DNA from: Candidatus Undivivens industriae
Lineage (GTDB): Bacteria; Omnitrophota; Gorgyraeia; Gygaellales; Profunditerraquicolaceae
Length of the DNA: 64,000 nucleotides
Assembly (NCBI GenBank): GCA_012514745.1
Contig: JAAYZR010000006.1
Location: 37,889 to 101,888, forward strand
Direction: 5' to 3'
The translations under genes and the position numbers were made by a program. Under the pieces are notes generated by a model. The model saw only the letters and a list, made by a program, of their open reading frames with translations. It was not told the origin of the DNA and searched no databases. This document shows, one piece after another, positions 63,518 to 64,000 of the stretch (position 1 is its first letter; every line of letters begins with the position of its first letter).

Positions 63518-63546
63518 AATATATAGTAAAAAGTCCCTGTTGTCAA
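63518..63546 (-). promoter_or_regulatory. Sigma70 promoter heading the tRNA/ribosomal superoperon
   Basis: Minus strand TTGACA (63546-63541), 17-nt spacer, TATATT (63523-63518), A-rich UP-like tract upstream. Confidence 0.75.
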
Positions 63547-63565
63547 TGTTTTTTTTAAATAAAAT

Positions 63566-64000
63566 TTATGCCGCGGAGGGGTTTTTACGCAGGGCTAAGG
63601 AGTATCTCGCGAGTTCTATGAAATCGGCCGGAGAAAGGACCTCTCCCCTGGCTTGAGCGGATATCCCTTTATCTTGCAGAAAACGCTCCAATTCTTCACG
63701 CTCTATGAGATCTTTAAGAGTATTCTTCAGCATTTTCCGCCTTTGCCCGAACGCGGCCGCAGCCAGACGGAAAAAAGTCTTTTGCGCTTCGCCTTCCAAC
63801 GGCAGGGTTTTTCTGGGGATAAGCCTGACGAAACAGGAATCCACCTTGGGCACGGGGTAAAAACAGGAGTTTTTTATCTTAAAAAGCACCGCGGCATCGC
63901 CGTAATACTGCGCGAACAAGCTCAAAGGGCCGTATTCATCGCTTCCGGCCTGCGCGCATATCCTTTGACCATACTCCAACTGCACGGTAAGATAGATATC
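63566..64000 (-). CDS. rsmA: 16S rRNA dimethyltransferase RsmA/KsgA, C-terminal part
   Basis: TVQLEY, YGPLSL, FYPVPKVDS, AFGQRRKML, RGEVLS. Confidence 0.93.
   Translation of the reverse strand, partial: DIYLTVQLEYGQRICAQAGSDEYGPLSLFAQYYGDAAVLFKIKNSCFYPVPKVDSCFVRLIPRKTLPLEGEAQKTFFRLAAAAFGQRRKMLKNTLKDLIEREELERFLQDKGISAQARGEVLSPADFIELARYSLALRKNPSAA

Noticed and set aside
63328-63546. 72-aa ORF upstream of tRNA-Thr
   Set aside because: Overlaps the tRNA and begins within the -35 box.

Overview
A 64-kb core-genome window from an anaerobic bacterium, most likely Candidatus Omnitrophota (OP3, PVC superphylum). This is inferred from PVC-like S12, RpoB and EF-Tu signatures, the absence of L30 and the gene content; no database search was possible. 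All real genes lie on the minus strand. In transcription order (high to low coordinates): partial rsmA; tRNA-Thr, rpmG, tRNA-Trp, secE, nusG and the fully fused rif/str/S10/spc/alpha ribosomal superoperon; aspC, leuC-like, pilT, leuD-like, icd, mdh; lipB and a stand-alone lipoyl domain; a divergent three-gene T2SS/T4P secretin module; trxA, split pta, ackA, panD, def, a Cys-rich protein, lipA, trxB, PEPCK, purC, NYN and MBL nucleases; an MscS-TM protein; a four-subunit electron-bifurcating-type [FeFe]-hydrogenase with regulator and hydE; and the start of a V/A-type ATPase operon. No CRISPR array, prophage or intact transposase was seen. The most novel signals are non-coding: (i) a 22-bp repeat whose direct copies bracket the regulator-hydE pair and that also forms tandem palindromes; (ii) a structured element present twice, upstream of the hydrogenase regulator and of icd; (iii) IS200/IS605-end-like scars inside ribosomal operons; (iv) an atypical tRNA-Trp overlapping the rpmG stop codon. 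Whether any of these is an undescribed system remains to be tested.
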